64,000 bases of DNA from Frondihabitans sucicola (GCF_030296615.1 NZ_AP027732.1:2545042-2609041); one strand, 5' to 3'; positions 1 to 10,697 are shown, counted from the stretch's first letter. The notes: generated by a model from the sequence alone, not told the origin. A program made the numbers and translations.

Positions 1-534
<534 letters not shown>

Positions 535-577
535 TCCTGCTCTCGCGCGAGAGCTGAGACCCCAGCGTCGACCCGGC

Positions 578-1516
578 CTACGCGCTGAGCGACACCCCGG
601 CGAGCTCGGCCGACACGTCCCAGACGCGCTTCGCCTCCGCCGTGGAGGTGAGCCGCGAGTACAGCTTCTGTTCAGCCGGCGCTCCCGAGAGGTGCGCGAG
701 TCCCGACGGCCCGTAGAAGCGGCCACCGCGCGCCGACGGGTCGGTCGCGGCGAACACCGCGGGCAGGGCCGCCGAAGCAGGAGTCCCGAACAGGATCCCG
801 CGGCGTGAGAGCGCACGGATCATCCGCACCGCCCCGGTGTCCTTCTCGCGCCCGAGGCCCGGCTGTGCCGCCAGGAGGTTCGTCGGCGAGATGCCGGGGT
901 GCGACAGGTTGCTCGTGATGCCCCAGTCGGCCGCGAGGCTGCGGCGGTTCAGCTCGAGCGCCCAGAGGCCGAACGCGATCTTCGACGAGGAGTACGACTT
1001 CATGGGGTTGTAGCTCTTCTCCCACTGCAGGTCGTCCCAGTTGACGGCGTTCGAATTGGCCGAGATCGAGATCTGCGTGGTGATCCTGGCGTGGCCGGCG
1101 CGCAGGAGAGGCAGCAGGTGCGCCGTCAGCGCGACGTGCCCGAGGTGGTTGGTGGCGAACTGGAGCTCGAAGCCGTCCGCGCTCGCCTGCCGGGTCGGCG
1201 GTGTCATGAGGCCGGCGTTGTTGATCAGCACGTCGATCGGACGCCCCTCCTCGACGAGCGCCTCGCCGAACGCCGCGACCGATGCCAGCGACGACAGGTC
1301 GAGCACCCGCGTGCTGACCTTGGCTTCCGGAACCACCGCGCGGATGTCCGCGACCGCGGCGTCGCCCTTGCTCGGATTCCGGACGGGCAGGATCACCTCC
1401 GCGGAGGCTCTGGCGAGACGCCGGGCGATGCCCAAGCCGATCCCGTCGCTGGCTCCGGTGACGACGACGAGCTTCCCGGCGAGGTCCGGTACTGCGATAT
1501 CGATGATGCGAGGCAT
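578..1516 (-). CDS. short-chain dehydrogenase/reductase (SDR) family oxidoreductase
   Basis: ATG at 1514-1516 gives [27 protein letters not shown] (TGxxxGIG Rossmann) and YxxxK-type SDR core; the longer upstream extension in the ORF track is Arg-rich junk. Confidence 0.85.
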   Translation of the reverse strand: MPRIIDIAVPDLAGKLVVVTGASDGIGLGIARRLARASAEVILPVRNPSKGDAAVADIRAVVPEAKVSTRVLDLSSLASVAAFGEALVEEGRPIDVLINNAGLMTPPTRQASADGFELQFATNHLGHVALTAHLLPLLRAGHARITTQISISANSNAVNWDDLQWEKSYNPMKSYSSSKIAFGLWALELNRRSLAADWGITSNLSHPGISPTNLLAAQPGLGREKDTGAVRMIRALSRRGILFGTPASAALPAVFAATDPSARGGRFYGPSGLAHLSGAPAEQKLYSRLTSTAEAKRVWDVSAELAGVSLSA

Positions 1517-1650
1517 GGTGGCTTCCTTCGGTCGGGCGCGGTCTCGATCCTGCGAGTCTGGGTGCCCTCCACCTCGGCAGCCAGGGAGCAGGTGTCCCAG
1601 GATCGAAGAACTCGGTCGACGAGAGCATGCCCGGTGGAGTACAAGAACGT

Positions 1651-2286
1651 ATGGGCACAATCGTGGTTCAGGAGTTCATCACACTCGACGGCGTCATCCA
1701 GGCGGGCGGCGGGCCGGACGAAGACCGAGAAGGCGGCTTCGAGTTCGGCGGCTGGTCGATGGATTACGACGAGGAGTTCGACACCCTCGGCGAAGGCGGC
1801 GACATCATCGCGGAGTGGGAGAGCAAGACCGAGGCGCTCCTGCTCGGCCGGAAGACCTATGACATCTGGGCGGGCGCCTGGGCCGTCTGGGATGAGAACG
1901 CCGACGGGTTCATGGGCGAACTCACCCGGCGCTACAACCGCGTTCCGAAGTACGTGGCCTCGCGCACGCTCACCGAGGTCGGCTGGAAGAACGCCGAGCT
2001 GCTCGGGGACGACGTGCCCGCGGCCGTCGCCGCGATCCGCGCCGAGCGCGACGGCGAGATCCGGGTGTGGGGGAGCGCGGACCTGATCGCGACCCTGGCC
2101 GAGCACGACCTCGTCGACGAGTACCGGCTCGCGGTCTACCCGATCGTTCTCGGGACGGGCAAGAAGCTGTTCTCGGACCGTTTCCCGAAGACGGCCCTGG
2201 CGCTCGTCTCGAGTCGGCAGCTGGCCTCGGGCGTGCTCATCAACACGTACCGTCCTGCACCCGGTCGTCCTGCCTCCGGCACCTGA
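1651..2286 (+). CDS. dihydrofolate reductase family protein (RibD C-terminal domain-like)
   Basis: [18 protein letters not shown]...[37 protein letters not shown] typical of the RibD_C/DHFR-like family; second in-frame ATG chosen. Confidence 0.7.
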   Translation: MGTIVVQEFITLDGVIQAGGGPDEDREGGFEFGGWSMDYDEEFDTLGEGGDIIAEWESKTEALLLGRKTYDIWAGAWAVWDENADGFMGELTRRYNRVPKYVASRTLTEVGWKNAELLGDDVPAAVAAIRAERDGEIRVWGSADLIATLAEHDLVDEYRLAVYPIVLGTGKKLFSDRFPKTALALVSSRQLASGVLINTYRPAPGRPASGT

Positions 2287-2406
2287 CGAGCGGCCTACCG
2301 CGGCCCGCACTGGCACGAGCGGTATCGGGCCGTCGGGGCGGTGAAGATCCGATCACGCCGGGCCGGCGGCTTTCACGGCCGTCGGTCCGGCGATGCAGTG
2401 CCGCGG

Positions 2407-3139
2407 TCAGATCACGGTCGAGCCTCCGTCGGCAACCAGCTCCATGCCGTTCACGTAGCTGGAGTCGTCCGAGGCGAGGAACAGCGCGACCGAGGCGATC
2501 TCTTCCGGCTGGCCCATCTCGCCCCGGGGGATCACGGCGGAGAACATCTCCTTGAGCTCCGGGGTCATGGCCGCTTCCATCATGGGCGACGAGACCTGGC
2601 CCGGAGTGAGCACGTTCACGCGGATCCTGCGATCCCGGAGCTCGGCCACCCAGACGCGCGCGAAGGCAGGCAGGACGGCTTTGCTCCCGGCGTAGACGCT
2701 CCACTCGGGGTAGCCCCGGAGAGACGCGTTCGACCCGGTCATGATGATCGAGCCGCCGTCGCGCATCAGCGGCAGCGCCTTCTGGACCGTGAACAGCGTG
2801 CCCTTCGCGTTGAGCGTGAACGCCGCGTCGAACGCCTCTTCGGTGATCTCGCCGAGCCTCGCCTGGGGCCTCCTCCTGCGCTCGCCCAGAGGACGTCGAT
2901 CCTGCCTTTCTCGGTCTCGACCGCGTCGAACAGCCGATCGAGGTCAGCGAGGTTCGACGCGTCACCTTGCACGCCGGTGGCGTTGCGGCCGATCAGGCGG
3001 ACCGCCTCATCGAGCGCGTCCTGGCGGCGGCCCTGGATGAAGACGTGGGCTCCTCCTCCACGAAGAGCTTCGCGCCGGCCAGAGCCATGCCGCTCGTCCC
3101 GCCGGTGATCACCGCGACCTTGCCGTCGAGCTTGCCCAT
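2407..3139 (-). CDS. SDR family oxidoreductase with two apparent single-base frameshifts (~2868 and ~3050, both in G/C runs)
   Basis: Three consecutive frames read [30 protein letters not shown] / [55 protein letters not shown] / [65 protein letters not shown]; stop abuts the gene below. Confidence 0.6.
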
Positions 3140-3140
3140 G

Positions 3141-3758
3141 TCAGCGGACCTCGGCCTTGAATGCGACGTCGAAGCCGGCGCCGTTGTTCGCCAGGCCGAC
3201 GAGCAGGATGCCCGCCCACTCGAGCGCGTGGGCCATGCCGAGTCCGCCGGCGTCGCGGGGCTGGAGGTTCAGGCTCTCGAGGAAGGCCGCGAAGCCCGCC
3301 TTGGCCTCGGTGCCGTCTCCGGCGAAGAAGACGTCCAGCGGGGCGTCGCCCGCGATGACACCGCCGAAGATCGTGTTGAAGGCCTTGATCACGTGTGTGT
3401 CCGCAGGGGAGACGGCGGCGATCCGGTGGGCGATCGAGTCGCCCGGCGTGGTCACGATTCCGCTGGCGTCGGCGTTGAACGGGTTGCTGATGTCGACGAG
3501 GGTCTTGCCTGCCAGCGCTTCGCCGAAATGCTGAACGGCCTCGACCGCACCCTGGTACAGGACGGCGACGAAGACGATGTCGCCTGCGGGGTCGGCGCCG
3601 AACGTGCCGACTGTCGCTCCGTGGCCGATCTGGGCGGCGAGATCCTGCGCTGCGGTGGCGTTCCGGCTCAGGATCTCGACGGTGTGGCCGTGCTCGGCAG
3701 CGCGGGTTCCGATGGCGCGGGCCATGTTGCCCGAGCCGATGATGCTGATGGTGGTCAT
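3141..3758 (-). CDS. NADP-dependent F420 reductase-like / NAD(P)-binding oxidoreductase (NpdG family)
   Basis: MTTISIIGSGNMARAIGTRAAEHGHTVEIL Rossmann N-terminus; 205 aa; tightly linked upstream of the SDR. Confidence 0.65.
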   Translation of the reverse strand: MTTISIIGSGNMARAIGTRAAEHGHTVEILSRNATAAQDLAAQIGHGATVGTFGADPAGDIVFVAVLYQGAVEAVQHFGEALAGKTLVDISNPFNADASGIVTTPGDSIAHRIAAVSPADTHVIKAFNTIFGGVIAGDAPLDVFFAGDGTEAKAGFAAFLESLNLQPRDAGGLGMAHALEWAGILLVGLANNGAGFDVAFKAEVR

Positions 3759-3805
3759 AGGAGTGATCCTTCGTGTTCATGACCGGGGAGTCGACTCCTC
3801 AAGGT

Positions 3806-3848
3806 GAGGCACCCCTCCGGTAGTGATCGACAACCGGAGGGGTGCCTC
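3806..3848. promoter_or_regulatory. perfect 15-bp inverted repeat (GAGGCACCCCTCCGG-N13-CCGGAGGGGTGCCTC) in the divergent tetR / F420-reductase promoter region
   Basis: seen directly; lies between divergently transcribed genes starting at 3758 (-) and 3882 (+); candidate TetR operator. Confidence 0.45.
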
Positions 3849-3881
3849 GACTTATTCCCGCCAAGCGAGTAAATTCATGGA

Positions 3882-4562
3882 ATGAGCATTTCCGAGGTCG
3901 AGGAGGCGCCGGCTCCCGCGGGTGCGCCGACGCCGTTACGACGCGACGCGCGAGAGCGTCGCGAGCGCCTGATCGCGGCGGCTCGGCAGGAGTTCGCCGC
4001 CAGGGGAGTGGATGCGTCGCTCGAGAGGATCGCGCGCGACGCCGGCGTCGCCATCGGGACGCTGTACCGGCACTTTCCGACACGGGTCGATCTCCTCCTC
4101 GCGGCGTTCGAGCCTCGGCTCCAGGAATTTCTCGACAGCGCGGACGACGCCCTCGGTGTCAGTGACCCGTGGGAGTCGTTCGTCTGCTACCTCGAGAATC
4201 TGTTCAGCGTGCAGGCGGGGGATCGCGGTTTCAACGACTTCCTGTCGCGTCGGTTCCCCGGCAGCGCCGAGACCGAACGGATCCACGACCGGATGTGTCT
4301 CCAGATCGGCGACGTGCTGACCAGGGCGCAGGAGGCCGGAGCGGTTCGCTCGGATATCACCCTGGCCGACATCGTCAACCTCATCTGGTCGAACGGCCGC
4401 ATGATCGACGCCACGAGCCAGGCGGCACCCGAGGCCTGGCGCCGGCACCTCTACCTCATGCTCGACGGCTTTCGGGCGTCGGCTGCCCACACCCTGCCCG
4501 AGCCGCCGATGACGGATGCGCAGCTCTACGACGCCATGGTGCGCCTCAGTCAGGCCGACTGA
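3882..4562 (+). CDS. TetR/AcrR family transcriptional regulator
   Basis: N-terminal HTH RERLIAAARQEFAARGVDASLERIARDAGVAIGTLYRHFPTR; divergent from the reductase operon. Confidence 0.85.
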   Translation: MSISEVEEAPAPAGAPTPLRRDARERRERLIAAARQEFAARGVDASLERIARDAGVAIGTLYRHFPTRVDLLLAAFEPRLQEFLDSADDALGVSDPWESFVCYLENLFSVQAGDRGFNDFLSRRFPGSAETERIHDRMCLQIGDVLTRAQEAGAVRSDITLADIVNLIWSNGRMIDATSQAAPEAWRRHLYLMLDGFRASAAHTLPEPPMTDAQLYDAMVRLSQAD

Positions 4563-4634
4563 CTCGCGTCGCCTCCCCGACGATCCCAGAATTCGTCTTA
4601 CTTGACATAATGTGCATTATCAGCGCTCAAGTGT

Positions 4635-4693
4635 CGGGAATTGCATCTAATGCAGGAACTCCCGCTCAACGACCAGGACAACAAAAAGCCAGG
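4635..4693. repeat. left terminal inverted repeat of the element (contains palindrome TGCATctaATGCA)
   Basis: about 55/59 identity with the reverse complement of 23739-23797. Confidence 0.7.
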
Positions 4694-4768
4694 TCGGTGC
4701 CGTATTCGGCTCCCAGTGAATAACTATCAGGGACGCTTCTCTTGCCGTCAGATCCGCATAGGCGTAGG

Positions 4769-4791
4769 TTTCCTGCATTAGATGCAGGAAA
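4769..4791. promoter_or_regulatory. palindrome TTTCCTGCAT-TAG-ATGCAGGAAA just upstream of the integrase gene; shares the GCATCTAATGCAGGAA core with IR-L (likely recombinase binding site/operator)
   Basis: 10-bp perfect arms seen directly; 7 bp upstream of the int start. Confidence 0.45.
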
Positions 4792-4797
4792 CCACGA

Positions 4798-5937
4798 TTG
4801 GAGAACCGGATGGATGGCGAATTTCCGGGCTTTGTCCCGAAGGTCTTGCTTGATCCTTCTATCGCGTTGTTTCGCGCCGAAGACCGCGTATTCGAGGCGA
4901 TGGTTGATGGTTGGACGTCGGAGATGCTGGCTCGTGGCAATCAGGTGTCAACGATCAAGGATCGCGTGAGCTTGCTCAGGCGGTTCCAGTCGTTTACCAA
5001 TGATTACCCGTGGATGTGGGGTCCAGGCGATATCAACGAGTTCGCGGCCGAGCGACTGTCCGGTGAGCGGCCGATCAAGCCCACAACCCTCCGCACCGAC
5101 TCGAATACGATCGCGATGTTCTGCTCTTATGTGTCTAATCCGGCCTACGGCTGGGTGGCCTTTTGCGAACGGACATTCGACTCAATTCCTTCACAAATCG
5201 TGTTCGAGTGGAACAGCCCGCACCACTCGGCCGACGATGCTGTTCCGACAGGCAAACGAGCTTTTACTAAGCCGGAGCTTCAGCTCATCTTCGACTATGT
5301 TGACGACCTCGCAGACAGTGAATATGCCCGTGGGTCCAAGCGCTGGCCGAACTTGCTCCGTGACTCCAATGCATTCAAGATCTGCTATGCCTACGGCCTT
5401 AGACGTCGGGAACTCACCATGCTCGACACTGTCGATTTCGGACCCAATCCATACGTCCCCGATTACGGCATGTTCGGCGCCCTCACCGTGCGTTGGGCCA
5501 AAGGGGTCAAGGGATCGGGTCCACGACGCCGAACGGTACTGACTGTCCCCGAGTTCGACTGGGTGGTCGAGCTAGCCGACAAGTGGATCAGCTCAGAACG
5601 CCGCGGACGTTTCTCTCACGCCGACGGATCGCTCGCCCTTTGGCCGAGTGAGCGGGGTAACCGCATCTCCCTCGGCACATTAGGCGACGCGTTCACCGCA
5701 GCTCGACGCGCCGTCGGCCTACCCGAAGATCTCGGCCTTCATTGCCTCCGGCACTCCTACGTCACGCACCTGCTGGAGGCGAAATATGACCCGCTGTTCG
5801 TTCAGCAGCAGGTCGGGCACGCCTACGCCTCCACCACGAGTCTCTACACCTCGGTGTCCGACAACTTCAAACAGAGAGCGGTCCAGGAAATGATTGCTGC
5901 ACGCGTTCCAGCCAAGACGGAGACTGCCCATGCCTGA
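4798..5937 (+). CDS. tyrosine-type site-specific recombinase/integrase (catalytically intact)
   Basis: C-terminal box II HCLRHSYVTHLLEAKYDPLFVQQQVGHAYASTTSLYTSV (HxLRH...LGH...Y); TTG at 4798 or ATG at 4810; stop overlaps the next start. Confidence 0.85.
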   Translation: MENRMDGEFPGFVPKVLLDPSIALFRAEDRVFEAMVDGWTSEMLARGNQVSTIKDRVSLLRRFQSFTNDYPWMWGPGDINEFAAERLSGERPIKPTTLRTDSNTIAMFCSYVSNPAYGWVAFCERTFDSIPSQIVFEWNSPHHSADDAVPTGKRAFTKPELQLIFDYVDDLADSEYARGSKRWPNLLRDSNAFKICYAYGLRRRELTMLDTVDFGPNPYVPDYGMFGALTVRWAKGVKGSGPRRRTVLTVPEFDWVVELADKWISSERRGRFSHADGSLALWPSERGNRISLGTLGDAFTAARRAVGLPEDLGLHCLRHSYVTHLLEAKYDPLFVQQQVGHAYASTTSLYTSVSDNFKQRAVQEMIAARVPAKTETAHA

Positions 5938-6283
5938 AATCCGCCGAATCGGCTTCCATTGGAAACTCCGTGCCGTCATGGCCCAGCACAACCTCTGGAA
6001 GTCCACCGACCTCATGCCGCTGCTAAAATCGAGGGGCGTGAACCTCTCCGAAAGTCAGATTTATCGACTCGTCACCGGCTCCCCCGAGCGCATTCCCGCA
6101 CGCACTTTCGCGGTACTCTGCGACATCTTCGACTGCACGCCCAATGACCTCTTCGAACCATTTGTCGAGATGCGGGCCGCCGCGACCGCCAACGCGCCAA
6201 AGGACGTCGAGGATTTGACTTCCACGCCGGGACAGCCGCTAACGCACCGGGTGCGTCTGAGCCGCGTCGAAGACGATGAGTAG
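5930..6283 (+). CDS. XRE-family helix-turn-helix DNA-binding protein
   Basis: ATG overlaps the integrase stop (ATGcctGA); KSTDLMPLLKSRGVNLSESQIYRLVTGSPERIPARTFAVLCDIFDCTPNDLFE = HTH_XRE. Confidence 0.7.
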   Translation: MPEIRRIGFHWKLRAVMAQHNLWKSTDLMPLLKSRGVNLSESQIYRLVTGSPERIPARTFAVLCDIFDCTPNDLFEPFVEMRAAATANAPKDVEDLTSTPGQPLTHRVRLSRVEDDE

Positions 6284-6668
6284 GCCAAAGCAGCCCGAGG
6301 ACCCGGAGCGCTTTCCGCTTGCCTGCGCGCGCTGTCATGAGCATCGGGCCCTGGCAGCTTTTTTCGGGACTGAAGGGAGCGTCTGCGTCAACTGCTACAT
6401 GAAAGCCAAGCGCACCCGTGGGGTCTGCGCCTGTGGGCACGAGGGGGTCCTTCCTGGCATGGTTGGGGGGCAGCCGGCGTGCCGAGCATGCAGCGGTGTA
6501 AAGCTCAACATCGACTGCGTCTCATGCGGAACCGAGGACGAACTCTATTCAGGTGGACGGTGCTGGAACTGCACACTCCGTGAAGCCGTGGATTCCGCCC
6601 TGACGAACCCGTCGACCGGCACAATCTCCCCGCGCTTGTCCCCCTGGCGACGGCACTCAAAGGGATGA
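6276..6668 (+). CDS. cysteine-rich (multi-CxxC, zinc-ribbon-like) protein of unknown function
   Basis: 130 aa with CARCHEH, CVNC, CACGH, CRAC, CVSC, CWNC motifs; overlaps both neighbours by a few nt (operon). Confidence 0.45.
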   Translation: MSRPKQPEDPERFPLACARCHEHRALAAFFGTEGSVCVNCYMKAKRTRGVCACGHEGVLPGMVGGQPACRACSGVKLNIDCVSCGTEDELYSGGRCWNCTLREAVDSALTNPSTGTISPRLSPWRRHSKG

Positions 6669-7747
6669 AGAGGGCAAACAGCGGGCTCACCTGGATTAGA
6701 CAGGATCACGTTCAGGCATTCCTCCGCACCCTCGCCACCTCAGACACGATCACTCAGGAGAGCCTTGATGCCCTCCCAAAAACGAAGACGCGCGAATACG
6801 TCCGCGGCCTCCTTGTCGAGCACGGAATCATCGTCACCCGCGACGACTATCTCGTCCGCTACACCGCGTGGTCCAACGAAGCCGTCGAGCGACTCGTCCA
6901 CGCGCCGGATAAAGCTATCGTGGTCCGCTACGTCCGGTGGCAGCACCTACGGCGCATGCAGCAGATGGACGAGGTGACGATCGGCACATTCCTTCGCTCG
7001 AAGCAGACCGTCACGGTTGCCATCGACTTTCTTAACTGGCTACATCATGAGGGAGTGCTCTTCGCGGACGTCCGTCAAGCGCATCTCGACGAGTGGATTA
7101 ACACTGGACCTTCGACACGAAAGATCGCCAATCGATTCCTTCGTTGGGCTATCAAGACCCGTCTCGTAAAGCCCGACTTGACAATTGCACCGCACCGGCG
7201 TGGCACGGCCGAGCGACTGGATGCTTCGGCTCAAGGAGCCGCCCTTGAACGCGTCGTCCATACCGACGAGCTGGCGCCCCGTGAGCGAATAGCGGCGACG
7301 CTCGTCCTCGTCTTCGGCCAGCAGGTTCGAGACATCGTGACCCTTACCTGGGACCGGGTGCGCATCGAAGACGGTCTCGTCACAATTCGCATGGGCGGGT
7401 TCGACATCGACCTCCCGGCTCCCCTCGACGAGCCATGGCGGCAGCTTGCGGCCCACTCGCCGAACATGCAGACCGCGGCCCACCCGCATAGCTCTTGGGT
7501 CTTCCCCGGGACCAAGCCCGGCTATCACGTCAACCCGAGTCACATGCGGAACCGGCTAAAGCAATACTTCAGCGCACGCGCCGCGCGCCTTGGTACCCTC
7601 CACGAACTCTCCAAACTCGGCCCGATCCCTGTGATCGCCGACGCACTCGGCTATCGGCCGCAAACCATTGAGGCTCACGCAAAAGACTCCGCCTCCGCCT
7701 ACGCCCGCTATGTCGCGTCGATTCGCAGTGAAGACCAGCCAGATTGA
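6665..7747 (+). CDS. tyrosine recombinase-like protein, probably catalytically degenerate
   Basis: N-terminal SAM-like core-binding domain (QAHLDEWI...), catalytic-domain start ...GQQVRDIVTLTWDRVRIEDGLVTIR...DLPAPL, but box II reads HELSKLG...LGYRP...YARY (conserved Arg replaced by Ser, His by Tyr). Confidence 0.55.
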   Translation: MKRANSGLTWIRQDHVQAFLRTLATSDTITQESLDALPKTKTREYVRGLLVEHGIIVTRDDYLVRYTAWSNEAVERLVHAPDKAIVVRYVRWQHLRRMQQMDEVTIGTFLRSKQTVTVAIDFLNWLHHEGVLFADVRQAHLDEWINTGPSTRKIANRFLRWAIKTRLVKPDLTIAPHRRGTAERLDASAQGAALERVVHTDELAPRERIAATLVLVFGQQVRDIVTLTWDRVRIEDGLVTIRMGGFDIDLPAPLDEPWRQLAAHSPNMQTAAHPHSSWVFPGTKPGYHVNPSHMRNRLKQYFSARAARLGTLHELSKLGPIPVIADALGYRPQTIEAHAKDSASAYARYVASIRSEDQPD

Positions 7748-7833
7748 GGGCTTGATTCATGCAGGCTTGTGGATTTCCTCGCGCTGCCTATTTGAATCTC
7801 TCCCTCATCCCGACACCAAGGCTCGGTCGGCTC

Positions 7834-9649
7834 TCAGCTGAGTCCCGCTTCCAGCCGAATACGGGCAAGATCCCTATGCTCGGGTATCCCGGTGATTGAC
7901 CATGGCTCCGGAACGACAAGGTCATTTTTTAGAAGTTCAGAACTATAGATCCGGAACGGGGTTCCATCCATGGGCTCCAGTCTGATATTCATGCCCTTTG
8001 CCGTGCCGCCCAAGAGTCGCCTTCGCACCTCGTCGGCATCCGCGATTTTCATCCTTGGGTGAAAAATGTTTGGTTCGGGTATTAAGACTGGATTGTCCAG
8101 CACGTTGACGCCTGAACCTTCTCCCCGGAAACGCTCCGGTTTAAGATGGCACCTCCCGCGTCCAGCAAGACCATCAGGCCCTCGTCCATTGAGCCGCTGA
8201 GAGTGGCTTTCATCGAAGAATAGTTAGGGATGAGGGCGCATTTTCCTTCCAGCAGCATCCGTGCGATCCGCGTCCAAATACGCTCCGCAGCCTCAGGCAA
8301 CTCCTGCGGAAAAGCGAAGGTCACATCGCCCAACTTCTCGATCACAGACAAGTCCTCGGCATACTCGCTCAATTTTGGGTCAGCCGCTCTTAGGTCTGCC
8401 CCCTGTGGGAGCGCCGCGCTGACCGACTTTCCACTCAGGGTGAGCCGGAGTCGTTGAGCCCGAGGAAGGGTGTCCATAAAGCGAACTACCCGGTTGACGG
8501 CCACGCCGGACCGTCCCACAGCATCAAAGGTCATGTCTGTGGAACCAGAAAGGCTGTCTCGTGGGAAGCGCCAGAACATTGAAAGGACTTCTTCGAAGGA
8601 CACCTCGATAAAGCCGCCTTCCGTGCCGTTCCCCACATCGGTGCTCGTGCCAGTAAGCCCGCCAAGGTGCGTGCCGTCAGCGGCGTATGAGTCGATGCGG
8701 GCTGGTTCACCTTGGTGAGCGTCACGAACGGGGATTACCGAGACTGCATAGCCGCTCTCCGTCCCCGAAAACCAGTCGGCCGGCCCGTCATAGACCAGTG
8801 AATGGACGTTCTGCTCCGGCAAGTCGAGACGCGTGCCCCGTCCGTAGCCGAACACATCTTTCGTCAGTTTTGCCAGTTCCGCATCCTCACGGCCGAACAA
8901 CATGTTGACCGTGATCGACAGCGGTTCCATGTCCGCTGCGTCTTCCCTCTTCGCGTACAATTCCCACCCTGGCAATCCGTCGACGACAGCCAGTCGGCGA
9001 CCCCAGTACAGGCTGAAAGTGTTCTGGTCGGCAATGTACCGAGCTAGCCCGTCGTGGGCCTCTTGAAGAGTTCTAGGTGCTGCATCCTTATGGCCAATCC
9101 TTGAAAGGGCCAAGTCCACCGCGCTGCGCACGCTCCAGTCTTGGACGTCGGGATGTTTGGCGAGGAGTCTGTCCAGCTCAACGGAGCCAAGAATGTGAGT
9201 TCGAATCGAGGTGCCATCGCTCAGCTTCGAAACCCACTTTTGTTCGGCGTCCGTAAACTCTTCTGGCACCACCAAGGTCCAGTCCGGCATGCCCAGGGCT
9301 GTCGCTGTCGTGAACGACTTCTTGATTTGCTTGCGTCGACTGTCACGCCAGCCCCCGAAAAGCCTTCAGGGAAATGCTTCAGTTGAAACACATGGACGAC
9401 TGAACCAGATGTCTTGTCCCGAAAGACGATGTCGATGCCGCCGTCACCGCCGCGGCCGCTGGGTGCCGAAGCGGCGTATCCGAGGGCGTCACCGTCACGA
9501 GTGATAAGCACGTTCACGATTCGCTCGAAGTCCTCGCGGGAAATTGTCCGCCACTGAACTTTTTCGACCACGGACTCTCCCCCATTGCAGCACTGCGTCA
9601 ATCGTATCGGCGCCAACGCACTGACCAGGGACGAGACGAAATGCCTCAC
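7834..9649 (-). CDS. Mrr-like PD-(D/E)xK restriction-endonuclease N-terminal domain fused to a ~450-aa domain of unknown function; two apparent single-base frameshifts (~9354 in a G6/C6 run, ~8106)
   Basis: N-terminus ...SREDFERIVNVLITRDGDALGYAASAPSGRGGDGGIDIVFRDKTSGSVVHVFQLKHF (D-GGIDIV...QLK = Mrr catalytic motif); three successive frames join into one ~600-aa protein if one base is restored at each junction; lower GC than surroundings. Confidence 0.5.
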
Positions 9650-9832
9650 CCTGACGAGGAGGCAGACGCGTCTCCGCGAGATGGAGAACGCTGTTCCGTA
9701 CGTCGCACTGGCGCGATCGCAGCACGTCGCTCAGTTGTCGTTGGCATTTCGTCGCAGCCGGCGATTTGACTCCGCCGCTGTCACCCAAGCGGCGATCCTT
9801 CAAAGCGCATTCTTAGGCGAGGGGCGTCGTTC

Positions 9833-10351
9833 CTAGTTGGTTCCGGTGACGGTGCTGCGGCGTTCGAGGAAGACGTTGTCTCGCCACTGTCCTGCCCACG
9901 GGCCGAAGCTCATCCGCCCAATGCGTTCCCGGATGCCGACCTCTCGGAATCCGTGGGCGGCATGAAGGGCGAGGCTTCCGCGGTTCTCGGGGAAGACCGC
10001 GGATTGAATCATCCAGACTCCCGCTGCTTCGGATGTGGTGATGAATTCCGCCAGGAGCAGGTGGCCAACCCCGGCACCGCGGGCGTTCTTGGAGACATAG
10101 ATGGAGTGCTCGATGACCCCCTGATACACCGGCCGCGACGACACGCTCGACGCGGCCGCCCACCCGACGACGTTGTCCTGCGTGTCCACGGCGACGAGTC
10201 GGAGTCCTCGAATTTTTCCGCCATCGAACTCCTCCCAGGACGGAGGCTTGTCCTGGAAGGTCGCGTTACCCGACGCGATGCCCTCGGCGTAAATCCGTTC
10301 GACGGCAGGCCAGTCGCCCGCCTTCATCGCACGGATCGTCACCTCGGTCAT
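9833..10351 (-). CDS. GNAT family N-acetyltransferase (phosphinothricin acetyltransferase-like)
   Basis: MTEVTIRAMKAGDWPAVERIYAEGIASGNATFQ...RGAGVGHLLL; ATG 10349-10351. Confidence 0.8.
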   Translation of the reverse strand: MTEVTIRAMKAGDWPAVERIYAEGIASGNATFQDKPPSWEEFDGGKIRGLRLVAVDTQDNVVGWAAASSVSSRPVYQGVIEHSIYVSKNARGAGVGHLLLAEFITTSEAAGVWMIQSAVFPENRGSLALHAAHGFREVGIRERIGRMSFGPWAGQWRDNVFLERRSTVTGTN

Positions 10352-10697
10352 GCCGGGTTGAGGGTCCGACTGCTGGCGGTGAGGGCGGCGAAGTCGGCAC
10401 GGTAGTACGCCCATTTGCCGCGCTGTTCGCGGATGGCAAGGCCGGCGTCGACGAGCTGCTTCATGTGATGCGACACCGTGGGCTGCGACAGCCCGACCGG
10501 TGCCGTGAGGTCACAGATGCAGGCTTCCCCGTAGGGCTTGCCGCGATGAGTGACAGGAGCCGCACTCGGGTGGGATCGCCGAGCGCCTTGAACACCTTGG
10601 CGACGTCTTCCGCTGCGGACGCCGTGAGGGCGTCCTCACTGGTCGGGGCGCAGCACGCCGCGTCGGTGGGCGCGAGAAGCGAGGCACTGGTGGTCAT
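10348..10697 (-). CDS. arsR: ArsR/SmtB family metalloregulator (apparent single-base frameshift ~10543)
   Basis: MTTSASLLAPTDAACCAPTSEDALTASAAEDVAKVFKALGDPTRVRLLSLIAA then +1 frame GKPYGEACICDLTAPVGLSQPTVSHHMKQLVDAGLAIREQRGKWAYYRAD; stop overlaps the GNAT start (ATGA). Confidence 0.7.

Noticed and set aside
2407-3139. Annotating frameshifted genes as pseudogenes
   Set aside because: The pattern (single missing base, almost always in C/G homopolymers, affecting essential genes) is more consistent with sequencing error; kept as CDS with caveat.
4590-4625. ATAATGTGCATTAT near-palindrome just outside IR-L as target-site duplication
   Set aside because: No matching copy beyond IR-R; probably an unrelated intergenic motif.
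6665-7747. Second active integrase
   Set aside because: Fold is recombinase-like, but the conserved box-II Arg and His appear substituted (HELS, LGY); called degenerate instead.
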